Source: Octopus vulgaris (taxonomy: Eukaryota). Taken from it: a stretch of 64,000 nt of DNA. How positions within the stretch are numbered: position 1 is the first letter of the stretch; every line of letters begins with the position of its first letter. The stretch is from assembly GCA_951406725.2 (NCBI GenBank), contig OX597814.1, forward strand, positions 8,680,001-8,744,000, given 5' to 3'. Positions 1 to 14,842 of the stretch are shown piece after piece. The notes beneath the pieces are model-generated. The model searched no databases and had not been told where the DNA came from. It worked only from the letters and a program-made list of their open reading frames with translations. The position numbers and the translations under genes were made by a program.

Positions 1-845
1 GAAACAATAGTTATGATAATAACAATAGTAGTGGTGGTGATGATAATGATGATAAAAATAATAATAATATGCTACAGCTGTTAATACTACAACTACTACT
101 ATTCTGATAGTACAGGAATCTGAGGCTCAAATACCACTACTACCACTACCCCACCTCTCCTACTGTTGCTGTTGCTGCCACCACTGCTGCTACTACACAT
201 AGATACAACAATAAAGGCAGTAATTGATAACAGTGATAGAAGCCTGAAGAAGACTGTCCAGCAAAGACAGCAACAACTAATACAAGAACATCAACAACAC
301 ATGAAGTAACTAAAAATTTATCACCCTCTCGGAACCTGTGGTTAGAGAACATAGCCTGGCTAGTGACAAAAAAACAACATTGGAAAAGAAAAAATTATCG
401 TGGCTACAGAAACAAGGACGAAGGCAACAATCTTAGTCCTCATCTGCTGAGCCTGTTCACCGAAAAAGACTACAAGTGAGTAAAGGACTCTCTGGAGAGT
501 TGTTCTGCGCGAGAGAAAGAGTAGTTACATCTCTTTTAAATTAGAACTAACATCGCTGAGGAAGGCCAGATCAAATAGCGTAATTTTCTATGCGGTTGTG
601 CATGTGAGCAGCACTGGAAATTGGTGTCACCCCTGCACTGCATAGGCCTGTGTAACCTCTGAGTCTGTTAATACAAAAATGACAAATAGTAAAAAAATAA
701 AAACAATAATATCAGTGATATCTGTGATGATAATTATAATAATGAAAGGAAGCAGGTGGAGTCTCCCCATGTCCTGATTAATGATACATCTAGTGATGAT
801 GTCACAATAAAACACTGGTAATTGCACAACCTGATAATTTCTACC

Positions 846-3691
846 TCATATGAGTGACAATGAAAAAACGAAATATTGTGAATGATGGTGGTAATGAAAC
901 TGAAGCCCTTGATGTTGACAGTGTTACACCCGCAGGCTCCGAGAATCTGGTCTGGCTCCAGCCTGTCGATATCCAGAAAGGGACCACCACACACGGAGTA
1001 GATGGAGCAAGCAAATTAATGCTGTGGTCATGGAGTGTTACTACCTGAGCAGCCAGGTAGATGAAAATGGTGCTCAAATTAGGGGTTATGGGATGAAGCT
1101 AGAGCAATAAGAAAAAATAGTTGATTCACAGAAGTAGAGCTCGAAGCTATCAAAAGGCGGGTCCTGGAAAATAGCAGCAGAAATAACGATGAGAATACAG
1201 TTCTTACTAATAAGTATAGTCTCATAGCACAGGAAAGGAGCAATGGTAGTTTACTTGATGAGAGACAAATAGATGATCTAAAAGAAGACAATAAAACTAA
1301 TGGCAGCATGACAGATGAACAAAAGGCAATCTATGCCAGAATAAAGGTAAGACTACAGGAGAACGATAACGACACTATTTACAACCTTAAAAATGTTGAT
1401 CGATGGAAATTGAACTAAGAAATGAAAAATGTGAATGAAATTCTGAAATACATCAGAACAAACAACATCACAGAAACAAATAATTTGATCAAGGCAGCAA
1501 GCATTGTTGCAGCAGAAAATGTGGGTATCAATATCATGACCAGAAAAAGAAACACAATGGGAGTGACAAAAGAAAAGATCCATGGTGGAAAAGAAGGATC
1601 CTGGCAGGGTTAGACATGCTCTCGAAGGAAATTTCTGTGTTAGACCGAAAAGAGAAAGGGGAGCTTAAAAGTGAACAAAAATAGAGGGCGCTGAAAAGGA
1701 AGTATAATATTGAAAGAAAGGGCCTGAAAGTAGTAGTGGAGGAATTGAAACAGCGCCTCATTGCCAAGAAAGCAAAGAGGGTAAGATACGACCAAAGAAT
1801 GAAGGGTTACCAACAGAATAGGTTATTCAGAGTAGATCAGAAGAGATTCTATAAAGAAATAAATGGAGAGTATACAGATGAAATGTTGATACCAGATAAC
1901 ATTGAAAGTGAAAGGTTTTGGAGTGACAGCTGGAGCAAAGACAAGGAGCACAAGAAGAATGCTGAATGGTTGGAAGAACTGAAACAAACAGTAGTCTGTC
2001 CAAAACAGGCAGAACTTGCCATTTCAGTTAGGGAAGAGAAGAAAATCAGCAAAAATATGAGCAACAGTAAGGCCCCGGGACCAGATGGAGTTTAAAGCTA
2101 CTGGAACAAAAGATTTGGTGAATGTCATGCACGAATAGCTGCCGACCAGAGTGGTTGACATTGGGTAGGACAGTGCTGTGCCTGAAAAACATTGAAGAAG
2201 GCAATATGGTAGACAATTACAGGCCGATATCCTGTTTGCCACTTATGTGGAAGTTATTGACTGGAATATTCACAGAGTCAATATACAAACACCTGGAAAA
2301 AAATGGAGTCCTGCCACATGAGCAGAAGGGTTGCAAGTATAAGTGCAGAGATATCAAGGATCAACTCCTGATAGATAAATCTGTACTCAGAGACTGCAAG
2401 AGGAGGAAAAGTAACTTAGCCATGTCATGGATCGATTATCATAAGGCATATGTTATGATTCCACATTCTTGGATTATGAAGTGTATGAGCCTATTTGGTA
2501 TTGCATCAAATGTAGAGCGATTTCTTGGAAAAAGTATGGGAAATTGGAGGACGGACCTGACAACATACGGAAGAAATTTAGGAACAGCAGAAATTAGGAG
2601 GGGAATCTTCCAAGGGGACTGCCTGTCCCCACTGATCTTTGTACTGTGCTTGATACCACTAACACTGGTTCTGAGGAAAGCAAAAGCTGGGTATGTATTC
2701 AAAAGCCGCCAACAAAAAGTCAACCATTTGTTATTCATGGTTGACCTCAAACTTTAAGGTAAAGATGAAGCCCAAGTCAATTCCCTTATTGAGAACAGTG
2801 AGTAAAAATTTTGAGAAGTACATGGAACAAATAGGGGCTGCAATAAGGGTGGAGCACTTGAATGCTGATATCAGAATGGAGTTCGGACTAAGAAAGTGTG
2901 GTGTGTTAGTCATGAAGAGAGGCAAAATCAAATGTATGGACAGGCTTGCGATACTGTCAGGGGAGGTTATGAAGCAGATAGAAGAGACGGGCTATAAGTA
3001 CTTGGGGATTTGGGAAATGGATAAATTGATGGAGAAAGAAATGACAGAAAAATTTAAGGTGGAGTACTTATGCAGACTGAGTCTGATCCTTAAGTTGAAA
3101 TTAATGGACAGAACAAGATTGAAGCTATCAACACCTGGGCAGTTTCACTCCTTATATATTGAGCAGAGGTAATCACATGGACAGTAGGTGAGCTAAACAG
3201 CTTAGAAAGAATGACAAGGAAGTTGCTATCTAGATATGGGACACTCCACCCAAAAAGTAACACAGATAGACGGTATGTACCAAGAAAAAGAGGGGGAAGA
3301 GGACTTATTGGTTGCGGACACAGCATTAGAGCAGAGAAAGCAACATAGCATGGTATGTAAAAAATGTCACAGAACCGCTATTATAAGAAGTAAGAAGGTC
3401 AGGCTTGTGTAGGATGAAAGGTTGTAAAGATAAAGCACTATACAAGAAATTGAAAATGAATCAAACTGAAAATAGGTAAAGAAAAGAATGCATGGTCAAT
3501 TTCATAGGGATGTTGAAGATAAGACAGGCAGAGAGAAAAGGAGGCTGTGGATGACTAAAAGTAATTTAAAACCGGAAACGGATGCTCTAATCTGTGCTGC
3601 TCAAGAGCAAGCACTAAGGACAAACTACATAAAATACAGAATAGACAACACATCAGAAAGTGATAAGTGCAGAATCTGTGGACAAAATGGC
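846..3691 (+). mobile_element. Decayed Dong/R4-like (RLE-type) non-LTR retrotransposon, family A, 3'-truncated
   Basis: ORF pieces [78 protein letters not shown]; several stops and frameshifts; ends at (AAT)n before the endonuclease. Confidence 0.85.
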
Positions 3692-3729
<38 letters not shown>

Positions 3730-3734
<5 letters not shown>

Positions 3735-6177
3735 TCTTTATTGGCTACCAAGGCCAAATACAAAACATAAAGGATGATTCAGACAAGGGATAGTAGGGTT
3801 AAATGTCTAAATAGCAAAACAAAACAAAAATTAACAAGGAGATTAAACCAACAATGTTCTTCCCCAATAGGGAGGAGTTCCACCGAGGAGTGAGCAAAGG
3901 AACATCACACCCTTTGAACCCCCTAACACCAAAGGCACCTCATGTAGGCACCCCTCTTCTCCTTATTCCATCTGGCCTTCATGCATACACCAGCTGCTTC
4001 AAGGACAGTTTCCAAGTACTGATGGTCAACCCTATTGAAAGCTTTCAATTGATCCAAATTGATCAGGGCCCCTCCCATGCCAGATTCTTTACCAACCTTC
4101 TCTATGATGTATTGCATGAGGTAGAGGTTGTCATGGATAGATCTGTTGGGAATAGTGCAAGGCTGCACATTACCCACCAATCTGTCAATGACAAGTGTCA
4201 ACTTCTTTGCTAAAACCTTGGTCAAAATTTTGAAATCTGCATTTAATAGAGTTACAGTCCTAAAGTTATCAACAATGTCACCCTTGTTTGGATCCTTTCT
4301 CAGTAGTACCACTACACCTCAGCTCACAGACCTGTGTATTCTTACATTCTGCTGCCAGTTGCGGTAGACACCCTACAAAAGCTCACCAAACAAGTCTGGA
4401 ATATAAAGCTTGAAGGGCAAACCATCCAATCCCAGAGACTTCTCCCTCATGCAACTAGCCAATGCATCACATATATTCTTCAGCTGTAATTGGCATTTTG
4501 CAGAACTCAACCTTCCTGGATGAAAGCCATTGCAGAGCATCAAGGGGGAAGTGAAGTTCACCTGCACCTCCAGACTACCACATATCCCATACAGTTCAGC
4601 AAAGTGCCACTGAAATTCTGCACAAATCTGCTCGTACTCATGTAGCATGTACTTGTCTGCCCTCCTCCCCCGGAATTTAACAATTTACACCTTGGCCACT
4701 CAGTGCCATCAAACGGCTTTCACTCCCTTCTCTTTTAGAACACATGCCCTAGCTCTCACAATGCAACCTTTATGCTTGGTGTTGAAGAATTGGTTCAGAA
4801 CCAATCTCGCTGCCAGCACATCGGTCACTATGCCTCTACTGAGTGCCTCTTCCAATATCCTAACTAGATCTCCCTCTACTCTAGTCTTCTCTATCACTAG
4901 TTCTCTGCTAAATTTTACAACTTCTACAGTAACCTCCCATTTTAAGGCTACCCACCATCGGTTGTTGACAACTGCACCTGTCAACTTTCGATGGACCAAC
5001 CTGCTAAGTCAGTATCTGAAAGCTTAATGTGCTGGGAAGGACGTATTCTGCTTCCAGTATCCGGGACCCTGCCTATGAAGCTTATCTAGGTCAACCATAC
5101 AGATCACAAATTTGTGATCTGTGTAGCTGATGAGTTCAAATTGTGGACAGCCTATGCTATCCCTATCTGCTGGCCTACAAAATATCCTATCTAGGTAAGA
5201 TCTGGATGATCCAACACTGTTTATCTATGTCCACACTGGAGCAATCAGAAAATCCAGTCTGAACCTGTCAATCCGTTGGAAACAACTGAGTAGATTTGCA
5301 AAGCTTGTGCACCCACTTTCCTATCCATTAGCCATACCTAGTACACACATGCATCCAAGATGGTGTTCCAGTCGCACACTAACACTAATGAGTGAGACAA
5401 CCCTAGAAAAACTTCAAAAGATTTGAAGAAATTCGGCTGTCCCGATCCAGAAATTCAGCAGTCCCGATATACAGTGACCAGTCTGAAAGCACTGTCTCAA
5501 TTACCGAATTGCCTTCCAGGTCCAGGAAGACCAACTGTATCTCAAGATCCAGGCCTTTCCTGAACAACACCCACCCACTATTCCTGGTTGACTAAGAGAT
5601 GCAAAGATCTCAAAATAGTCAAAAATGGGTACTAAGATGACTTCACCACAAACATTTATGCAACCTACTCTTAGCACCGCCATATTGGCCTAAAAGAAAG
5701 GAAAGAAAGATGAGGAGTGTTACTTAACCTCCTGGTGCTGTTGGAGATCACGTGGTCCCACCCCTATTTCTTTGTTGGTCTGCTTTGGGAACCCTTATAG
5801 AATCCTTGTATTGGCATTTACTTGAAAGAACCCTACATCGTCTAGAAGGGCATCCCTAATTGTTTGGAAAGTGTCCAAATCCATCCTCACCATCATTAAG
5901 TCTTTTGGCACATGGCATGCGTCAGTCCAAGAAGATTCTCCCCCCCCCGTACCTTTTCCAATGACTCCCCTTTGTGATAAGATGGCCATCAATTCTTTGC
6001 TGGCCCTCCTTACTAACACAAAGTGAGCTGCCTGTGTCAACTTTTTTTTGCTGTTCTTGTTGCATTTGTGGTGTAAGTTTGCTTTTGGGAATTTTTTCCT
6101 GTCTGCAGTGGAGTTTGTGGTGCTTTAGTTGATGATTGTGATGCTGCATGAGTTGTCTGGCTGTCTGCGTTTGTTGT

Positions 6178-6210
<33 letters not shown>

Positions 6211-7860
6211 TAGTTCCTTTGCTATCTTGTTTTGGTGCAGGGTAAGATGTCTTGCCTCTGTGACTTCTTTTCGGTTGTTTTTCTAATTTACTCTGATCCC
6301 TGTCCTCATCACCTTTCATTGAGGTAGAACCAGAGTCTGTTGCAACCTCCTCTGCTCTCCTGTGCAAGTGAATTCGTGTTTGTATGTGTATCTTTTTCTG
6401 CATGCTTGTTTGTGAGGGGTGGGGTTGTTGAGGTTGGTTGCAAGGTGTTGCTTTTCATGGTTAACCTCTCCGATGGGTTTCCTGCTGGTGCCCTCGTTAC
6501 ACCTGCCACCGCCACCACCACCATTGTTGCTATTTTTGCTGCTTTTCCTGTTGTTGTCTTTTGTTTTCCCAGCCTTAGTCAACGGAGGTCCCCACATCCC
6601 TGTAACGTTTTGATGAGGGCAGCATGCTTGTAGGTGTGTTACATCACCACAAGCAAAGCAATGAGTCATACTGCCCTCAGTGATCAAATGTAATTTCGTC
6701 CCGTCTTTGAGGCAGACATGGTCTCGGATGCTCTCCAAGACTTGTGGTTTTATATGGATTAGCAATTCCAAATCCATCCCAAACCTGTCTTTTCTTTGCA
6801 TCCGTTGAACTTTAAGGAGGAAGATGTTGCTGCTCTCCACAATCACACATCTCAACCACCTCCAGATGTTGATACCTGGTGTTACTGTGGGGATTCAAAC
6901 TTTTATTGTTTGTGGTACCCATGTAGGGCAGGCACATTATAAGCTGGTCAGTTTTACCGGGTCCCAATGAATACTTCATGGCCAGCTCTTCTGTTTTAAA
7001 AAGAACAGAGATGGTACCAAAACTCTGGGCCCTTCTTGATTGATCTCAGTACCATCTCCACTTGAAGAAGGTGGGAGGGTTGTTCTGCACTCCGAGTCTG
7101 TACTGAGACACACTTATACTTCACTATTCTCTTCTCAGTTTCTACCTCTACTTTGGCTGGGATTGCAAGGTTAGCCCAGGTTCTTTCTCTTTTGATGAGC
7201 TTGTGCACCAGGGTTAACATCTGTTTTTTTGTTGGAGGTGTCTATCTCATAGTACTTTTGTTGGCATTTCGCAGCTGCTGCAAAGGTCCTTGTTCTGCTC
7301 TCACAGTTGATGGTGGTGATGGAATCGTTCATGCTGTTACTGCTATTGTTACTCCTAAATACAAACATCTCTCTGTTGCTCGTGTTGGCGTTGGTATTGG
7401 TTGGGTTCTCGTTGATGTTTTTGTTGTTGTTTTTCTGTTATGCTTCTCTGCTCTGTGTTGTTGGAGTTGTTAATTTCTGTGTTGATATCAGCAATCATTT
7501 CATTTCCCACATTATTCCTGTTTGGGGAGTTGGCAGTTACATTTTCATTATCTATTCGACTATCGAGTGAATGTGTGTTCTCCATTGTGTCGCTTTCCTC
7601 TGTTGTGATACTTCTTTATTCTTGCGAATACTTTTATCGCTATCCATAGAGTCTGTGGTGCTTTTGGATTTGTTATCAATTTTGTTCCTGAAATTGCTTC
7701 TTGTGTCAGTGAAAATTGGATTTTCGTGATGTTTCCTGCTGTCACAAACTGGTTTGTTTTGCATTAGAAAGTTACACCCCTCCAAATCATTTTTCATTTG
7801 CAAACGTATAAAAATTTCATAAATGCTAATATTTGGGCACAAAGCCCCAATGTTATTCAA
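3730..7860 (-). mobile_element. Decayed Tx1/L1-clade LINE (ORF1 with zinc knuckle, ORF2 APE endonuclease plus internally deleted RT)
   Basis: ORF1 CFACGDVTH...C; ORF2 start LRVGCINV; SLGLDGLP, NFRTVTLLNADFKIL, LDQLKAFNRVDH; minus-strand AATAAA followed by a (TAT)n tail near 3730. Confidence 0.8.
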
Positions 7861-7990
7861 TATTTTTTTTTGGGGGGGGGGGAAAGACTATTGTCTTATG
7901 CTCCCTTTTAAACAATAATATAAAAGAAGACAGTAATTTTGATAACAAAAATACCTGTCAAGCTTCTAGCATTCCATCTGGTGGTAGTAG

Positions 7991-8022
<32 letters not shown>

Positions 8023-8027
<5 letters not shown>

Positions 8028-8352
8028 TTGTCAATCTACTTCATTTTGGTTAATATATAAAGGATTGAGGTAACTCCTCTTGAATATATAGTCAAAATTA
8101 AAAGAAGAATGCCATTGTTATCTAGTGAACGATATTTTGACATCTCATGTGTCTTCAACTGGTTCAGGAGGAGTTACCTCAATCCTTTATATATTAACCA
8201 AAATGAAGTAGATAAACAAATTTACTTTTTGAAGCAGTTGAAGACACACGAGATGTCAAAATATCGTTCACTAGATAACAATGGCACTCTTCTTTTAATT
8301 TTGACTCTATATCTTCAGGAGGAATTACCTCAATCCGTTATATATTAACCAA
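8023..8352. repeat. Nested inverted-repeat (fold-back) cassette between (TAA)n tracts
   Basis: ~8045-8166 is the reverse complement of ~8230-8352; the spacer ~8163-8224 is the reverse complement of ~8023-8084. Confidence 0.8.
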
Positions 8353-8353
8353 G

Positions 8354-8396
<43 letters not shown>

Positions 8397-8397
<1 letters not shown>

Positions 8398-9895
8398 CAG
8401 AGCTCAATGCTAAAAACAAGATAATAGGTATTAACACTTTAGCCGTCCCAGTTATAAATTACAGCTACAATATCCTTAACTGGACATTAGATGAACTAAC
8501 CAAAATAGATAGGAAAACAAGAAAAATAATGACAGTATCTAGGATGCACTATCCAACATCTGACATAGAAAGGCTATATATATATATACAACATATAGAA
8601 GGTAGTAGAGGCCTTATACAGCTAGAAAACTACTATAAAATAATCACCATAGGACTGCAAAAATACCTACTTCAGAAGCAAAGAAAACTGATACAAATAG
8701 TGGCAAAACACGAGCAAAACAAAAAAATTGTTCTCAGTATTTAAGGAAGCTGACAAAAAAAAACAAGAAATCACACTACCTAAAAAATATGAAGGAAAAG
8801 AAGAAGAAGAAGAAGAAGAAGAAGAAGAAGAAGAAGAAGAAGAAAGAGGAGGAGAAGAAGAAAACGAAGAAGAAGACGAAGAAGAAGACGAAGAAGAAGA
8901 AGAAGAAGAAGAAGAAGAAGAAGAAGAAGAAGAAGAAGAAGAAGAAGAAGAAGAAGAAACAACAACAAAAGCTATAAAACAAATGAAATCCAAACTAAAA
9001 CTAGAACAGCAACGCACCATGATAAAACGATGGCAAGAAAAGCCCCTTCATGGCAAATACCGGGCTAAACTAAATGCAAAAGAAATAGACAGAGAAAAAT
9101 CCCAGCAATGGTTGAGAAGCTCAGGACTAAAAGCAGATCCTGAAGGATTTTTGATTGCAGCACAAAACCAAAGCCTCCTCGCCAGAAATTACCAAAAACA
9201 TATAATGAAAAGAAACATAACAAGTAACTGCAGAATATGTGGAGATGGACAAGAAACAATAAATCATATTATCTCTGACTGCCCAGTCCTGACTGAGAAG
9301 GAATATATTCACAGACTCGATAGAGTTGGGACCTACATATACTGGAAGCTCTGCCAACACTATGGAATACCAACAGAAAAAAGATGGTATAAGCACACAC
9401 CAGAAAAGGTCACAGAACAGGAGAAAGCAACCGTACTCTGGGATATGCCAATACACACAGATAGAGAAATTAAGGCTAACAGGCCAGATACAGTTGTCAG
9501 AGTTCATGAAGAAAAAAATGCTTTCTAATTGATGTATCAATACCAGCAGATGACAACATTTGTCTAAAACAAATGGAGAAACTTTCAAAACACAAAGGCC
9601 TGGAAATAGAGGTAACTCGAATGTGGAATCTAAAGACAGAAACAATCCCTATCATAATAGGAGCATTAGGTATGATAAAAAAATATTCAGACAAATACAT
9701 AACAAAAACACCAGGACTTACAAACACATATAACATACAGAAAATTGCACTACTAGGCACTGCCCACATCCAATGTAAAACACTTTCCATACAGTAACCA
9801 TAAGAGCATCACAACAATTCACAGCACATACCCAAGGCACACAGAGCTGCGCTCGGTAGTGAAGTGAAAGCACGCTATAAAAATAAAACTACTGA
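8397..9895 (+). mobile_element. 5'-truncated Dong/R4-like LINE, family B, with in-frame (GAA)n expansion
   Basis: PLHGKY, AAQNQSL, CRICG..ETINHIISDC (CCHC), RPD..LID-type RLE endonuclease; flanked by (TAA)n on both sides. Confidence 0.9.
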
Positions 9896-9939
9896 ATAAT
9901 AATAATAATAATTATTATTATTATAACAATAATAATAAA

Positions 9940-12900
9940 CAACAGAAATGAATGGACTGGTACCCTACGAAAATGATGACCATCAAAATAAAGGGCCAGA
10001 TGTTGTTCCTCAAGTCCCACAAATAAAACTCTAAAAGGCATAAATGGACACATGAGGAATATATTTCAATCATACATGCTTATTATACAGCAGTGCTCTA
10101 CCCAAAGAATGAAAACACAACATATACATATAAAATCTGGAAGAAAAATAACCTAAATAAAGACTTGGATACAGCAATGAACCCTAATAAACTAGCTAAC
10201 ATACGAAGATATATTCTCAATGCAAAAAAAAAAAATATCAGAAATAGAACATTTAAAAGAAAAAATACACCAGGAAAATGTAGATAGAAGCCACACAACA
10301 ATGCCAAATAATATAAACACTGAAACAGTAAAACACGAAGATAAACGTAACATTTCCAACAAAAACGATGTAAACAAAAAACAACATAACCAGACCGTAG
10401 GGATGTATAATAATGTACAAAAAACACCAATTCAGAACACCAAAGACAAACATATGAATGAGAAGGAAGGCAAAACAAATCTAAAACCTGAAAACAATGA
10501 AGTGGAACCTAATGATTATGATACTATAAAAATGAGAATAATCAAAGAACTGAAAACCACAGATCACAGAATGGACCACCAACCATACCTCCCAAAAATC
10601 AAAATAGACAATAAAACAGCATCAATAATATATAGCATAAACCTAGCCGTCACGGAACTAATAGTCACTGAAACAAAAAGCGATATCACTGAGCTAAATG
10701 ACTTAGTATATGCAGTAGCCACTGCAGCCACAAGAGAAGCTGGATACTCACTCAAACCCATCCAAACAGGAGTACCACCACCCAAACAAACCCTGTGGAT
10801 AAATAACATCCCAAAAAATTTTTTAAATGAGAAAAGATCTGTCGATTCTTAATGAAATTAGTAGACAATCAACACTAATAAGCAACAAGAAGGAAACAAA
10901 AATACTCCGCAAATACAACATTACAGAAAAAGGTTTACCTGAGGTAAAAGAAAAGCTAAAGTAAGATATCCTTGCCAAAGCACAAAGGATCCGCCGGTAT
11001 GAGAAACGCCAACGTTTCTTTGAACAAAACAAACACAAAATCCAACCACAAAAAATTCTACCAAGAACTTGGCAAAAATAAAATAAACGTCACTGCATCA
11101 CCAATAGCAGAAGAAGTGGAAGAATTTTGGAAAGAAATAAGGTCGGTGAATGAACAACCTCAGAAAAGGACTATTAAAACAACTGAGCAACTCTGGACCC
11201 CTATAACAACTGAAGAGGTCACCCAGGCACTGCAAAGACTAACCAACATGAAGGCACCTGGGCATGACAAGATCCCCAACTTCTGGTTAAAATATCTGAC
11301 AGGAATACACAAAAAGCTGGCTGAAAACTTTAACAACATACTGGCAGAGCCACAGACAATGTCTGAATGGCTCACGGAAGGGAAAACTATCTTAATTCTC
11401 AAATCTGATGACACGGCAAAACCACAAGACTACGGACCTATAACCTGTCTGCTACAATGTACAAAAACCTTTACTGCAGTAATATCGCAGAGATTGAACA
11501 AGCATCTGGAACAAAACAACCTGTTTCCAGAAAAGCAGAAGTGATGCTGCAAGGGCTCATATGGCTGCAAAGATCAATTAATGATCAATAAAGCCATGAC
11601 TGAAGACAGCCGCAGAAAGAAGAAAGGCCTCGGTATGGCCTCGATCGACTACCGAAAGGCTTTTAATAGCATTCTCCGCACGTGGATCCTCGAAACACTA
11701 GCCATGAACAAGGTAGCACCAATAATTATAAAATACATAAGACACTCTATGAATAAATGGCAAACAGTGCTACAGCTACAAACAAAAGAGGGACTCATTG
11801 GAAACCAAAGCAATCCCCTTTAGAAGAGGAATATTCCAGGGAGACACGCTCTCTCCACTCCTTTTCTGCTTAGCACTTACACCTCTATCTGATATGCTAA
11901 ATAGAACTGGATGCAGATACAAATGTTACGGCAAAACGATCAGCCACCTTTTATATGTGGATGACCTAAAATTATATGCTACAAATGATAAACAGCTGGA
12001 AACACTACTACAGACAGTACATGGATTTACCAAAGAAATAGATATGAAATTTGGATAAGAAATATGCGCCAAAGTAACCTTGAAAAGAGGAAAACTAGTT
12101 AAGAGTAGTAAAATCACACTAGATAAAACCAATGAAATAAAAGAATTAGACCAAAGCCAAACTTACAAATACTTAGGAATCCATGAACTAGATAAGACAC
12201 AACACACACAAATGAAAGAGAAAATAGAGAAAGAATACTATAGACGAGTTAGATCAATACTAAAAGCAGAGCTCAATGCTAAAAACAAGATAATAGGTAT
12301 CAACACTTTAGCTGTCCCAGTTATAAGTTACAGCTACAATATCCTTAACTGGATGCTAAATGAACTAACCAAAATAGATAGGAAAACAAGAAAAATAATG
12401 ACAGGATCTAGGATGCACCACCCAACATCTGACATAGAAAGGCTATATATACAACGTATAGAAGGTGGTAGAGGCCTTATACAGCTGGAAAACTATTATA
12501 AAATAACCACCATAGGAGTGCAAAAATACCTACTTCAGAAGCAAGGAAAACTGATACAAATAGCCGCAAATCACAAGAAAAATAAAAAACTGTTCTCAGT
12601 ATTTAAGGAAGCTGACAAATATTAACAAGAAATCATACTACCTAACAAATATGAAGAAGAAGAAACAACAAAAGGTGTAAAACAAATGAAATCCAAACTA
12701 AACCTAGAACAATAACGGACCATGATAAAACGATGGTAAGAAAAGCCCCTTCATGACAAATACTGGACTAAACTAAATGCAAAAGAAATAGACAAAGAAA
12801 ATTCCCAGCAATGGTTGAGAAGCTCAGAACCCAAAGCAGAGACTGAAGGATTTTTAATTGCAGCACAAGACCAAAGTCTCCTCGCCAGAAATTACCAAAA

Positions 12901-13586
12901 ACATGTAATGAAAAGAAACATAACAAGTAACTGCAGAATATGTGGTGATGGATAAGAAACAATAAATTATATTATCTCTGGCTAAGAAGGAATATATTCA
13001 CAGATGCGACAGAGTTGGGACCCACATACACTGGAAGCTATGCAAACACAATAGAATAACAACAGAAAAAAGATGGTATAAGCCACGCTAGAAATGGTCA
13101 CAGAAAAGGAGAAAGTAACCATACTCTGGGATATGCCAATACACACAGATAGAGAAATTAAGGCCAACAGACCAGATATAGTTGTCAGAGATCATGAAGA
13201 AGAAAAACGCTTTCTAATTGATTTATCAATACCGGCTGATGACAACGTGTCTCTAAAAGAGATGGAGAAACTTTCAAACTACAAAGATCTAGAAATAGAG
13301 GTAACTCGAATGTGGAGTCTAAAAACAGAAACAATTCCTATCATAGTAGGTGCATTAGGCATGATAAAAAAATATTCAGACAAATACATAACAAAAATAC
13401 CAGGACTTACAAACACATATAACATACAGAAAATTGCACTACTAGGCACTGCACACATCCTACGCAAAACACTTTCAATACGGTATCCATCAGAGCATCA
13501 CAACAAACCACAGCACATACCCAAGGCACACAGAGCTGTGCTCGGTAGTGAAGTGAAAGCACGCTATAAAAATAAAACTACTGAAT
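9940..13586 (+). mobile_element. Near full-length decayed Dong/R4-like LINE, family B
   Basis: KAPGHDKI, GIFQGDTLSPLLF, LYVDDLKL, YKYLG, RPDIVV..LID..K RLE; same 3' UTR as 8397-9895; (TAA)n tail. Confidence 0.9.
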
Positions 13587-13609
13587 AATAATAATAAAAA
13601 TAAACTTTT

Positions 13610-13692
<83 letters not shown>

Positions 13693-14842
13693 AAGAAGAA
13701 GAAGAAGAACACTCAGAAAGAGTGAACTTCCACCAAGACAACACCAAGGTCCTCTTAACGATTAGCCAGAGATGATTTCTAAAATGAGAATATCTCAAAT
13801 AAACTCAACTGCTCTCACAAACAAGAATATAAAAAATGAAACCAACCACTCTCTAAAATTAAGTAAAAAAACTGGAAAAATAGTCCAGAATCCTTGTCTG
13901 GTACCGGATTGATTCCAGTGGTAGTCATGGAATGTGAAGGTAGGTGTGCAGGCCGTGTTTGTAATGTTGTATGTGTGTGTGCCTTCAGAAGTGGGAACAG
14001 GGACAGCTTTCTCTATGAAGGCATTTTTTTTAGTTTATCCACTGATATAGTGTCTCTAATGACCATTAAGATCTATAGTAAAAAATTTATCCATATGAGA
14101 AAGAAAATGGAAAGGAATTCCATACAGTGCTGTTAACGGAGGTTTAACAACAACATTGAGCACAAAAATGTGAGTCCAAGGAGTAAAGTTTCCTTCAAGG
14201 CAGACCTAGAAATGCAATTGTCAAGTAGGTAAGAGGTTTTAAGCAAGAGTGATATATTCAAAATTGGTAAAACTAAAAACTTGTCAAGAATAAATTAAAT
14301 TTATTATTGTTACTGAATATGTTAGTGTTATTTAATTTCTGAATGGTTTTGCTGCCATTTGTTTATGTAGTTTGATTGCTTTATCCATCAGTTTCGTGTA
14401 AAATTAATAAGAGAGACACAAAGATAAACCTCTGGAAACAGCAATGCTGCCATAACTTATGTGGAACCCATGAGCATACTTTCAAGGGAGATAATCAGAG
14501 AAAGACTTGAAAGTCAATATAAGATCGTAATACTTCATGTAAGGTAAATATAACACACCACCCAGAATCTTTATCTGGTACTGGATCAATCTCAAAATCT
14601 AATCAATTTATGCCAGTTACAAGACTAAACATCTCTGAAAGTTTCATCTCAATCCATTCAGCGGTTCTTCAGATATCCTGTCCATGGTCAAACAAACAAA
14701 CAAACAAACATGACTGAAAATAATACCTCTGCCTTCGCTAAGGTGGAGGTAATAATAACAGTAGCAATAACAATAATAATAATCAGTGATGTTTAATAGA
14801 GAAGACACCATAATATTCAATATCAACAAACAAATTGTTTAC

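Noticed and set aside
8667-9020. Poly-Ser, poly-Phe, poly-Leu and poly-Lys ORFs
   Set aside because: Alternative frames of the (GAA)n tract.
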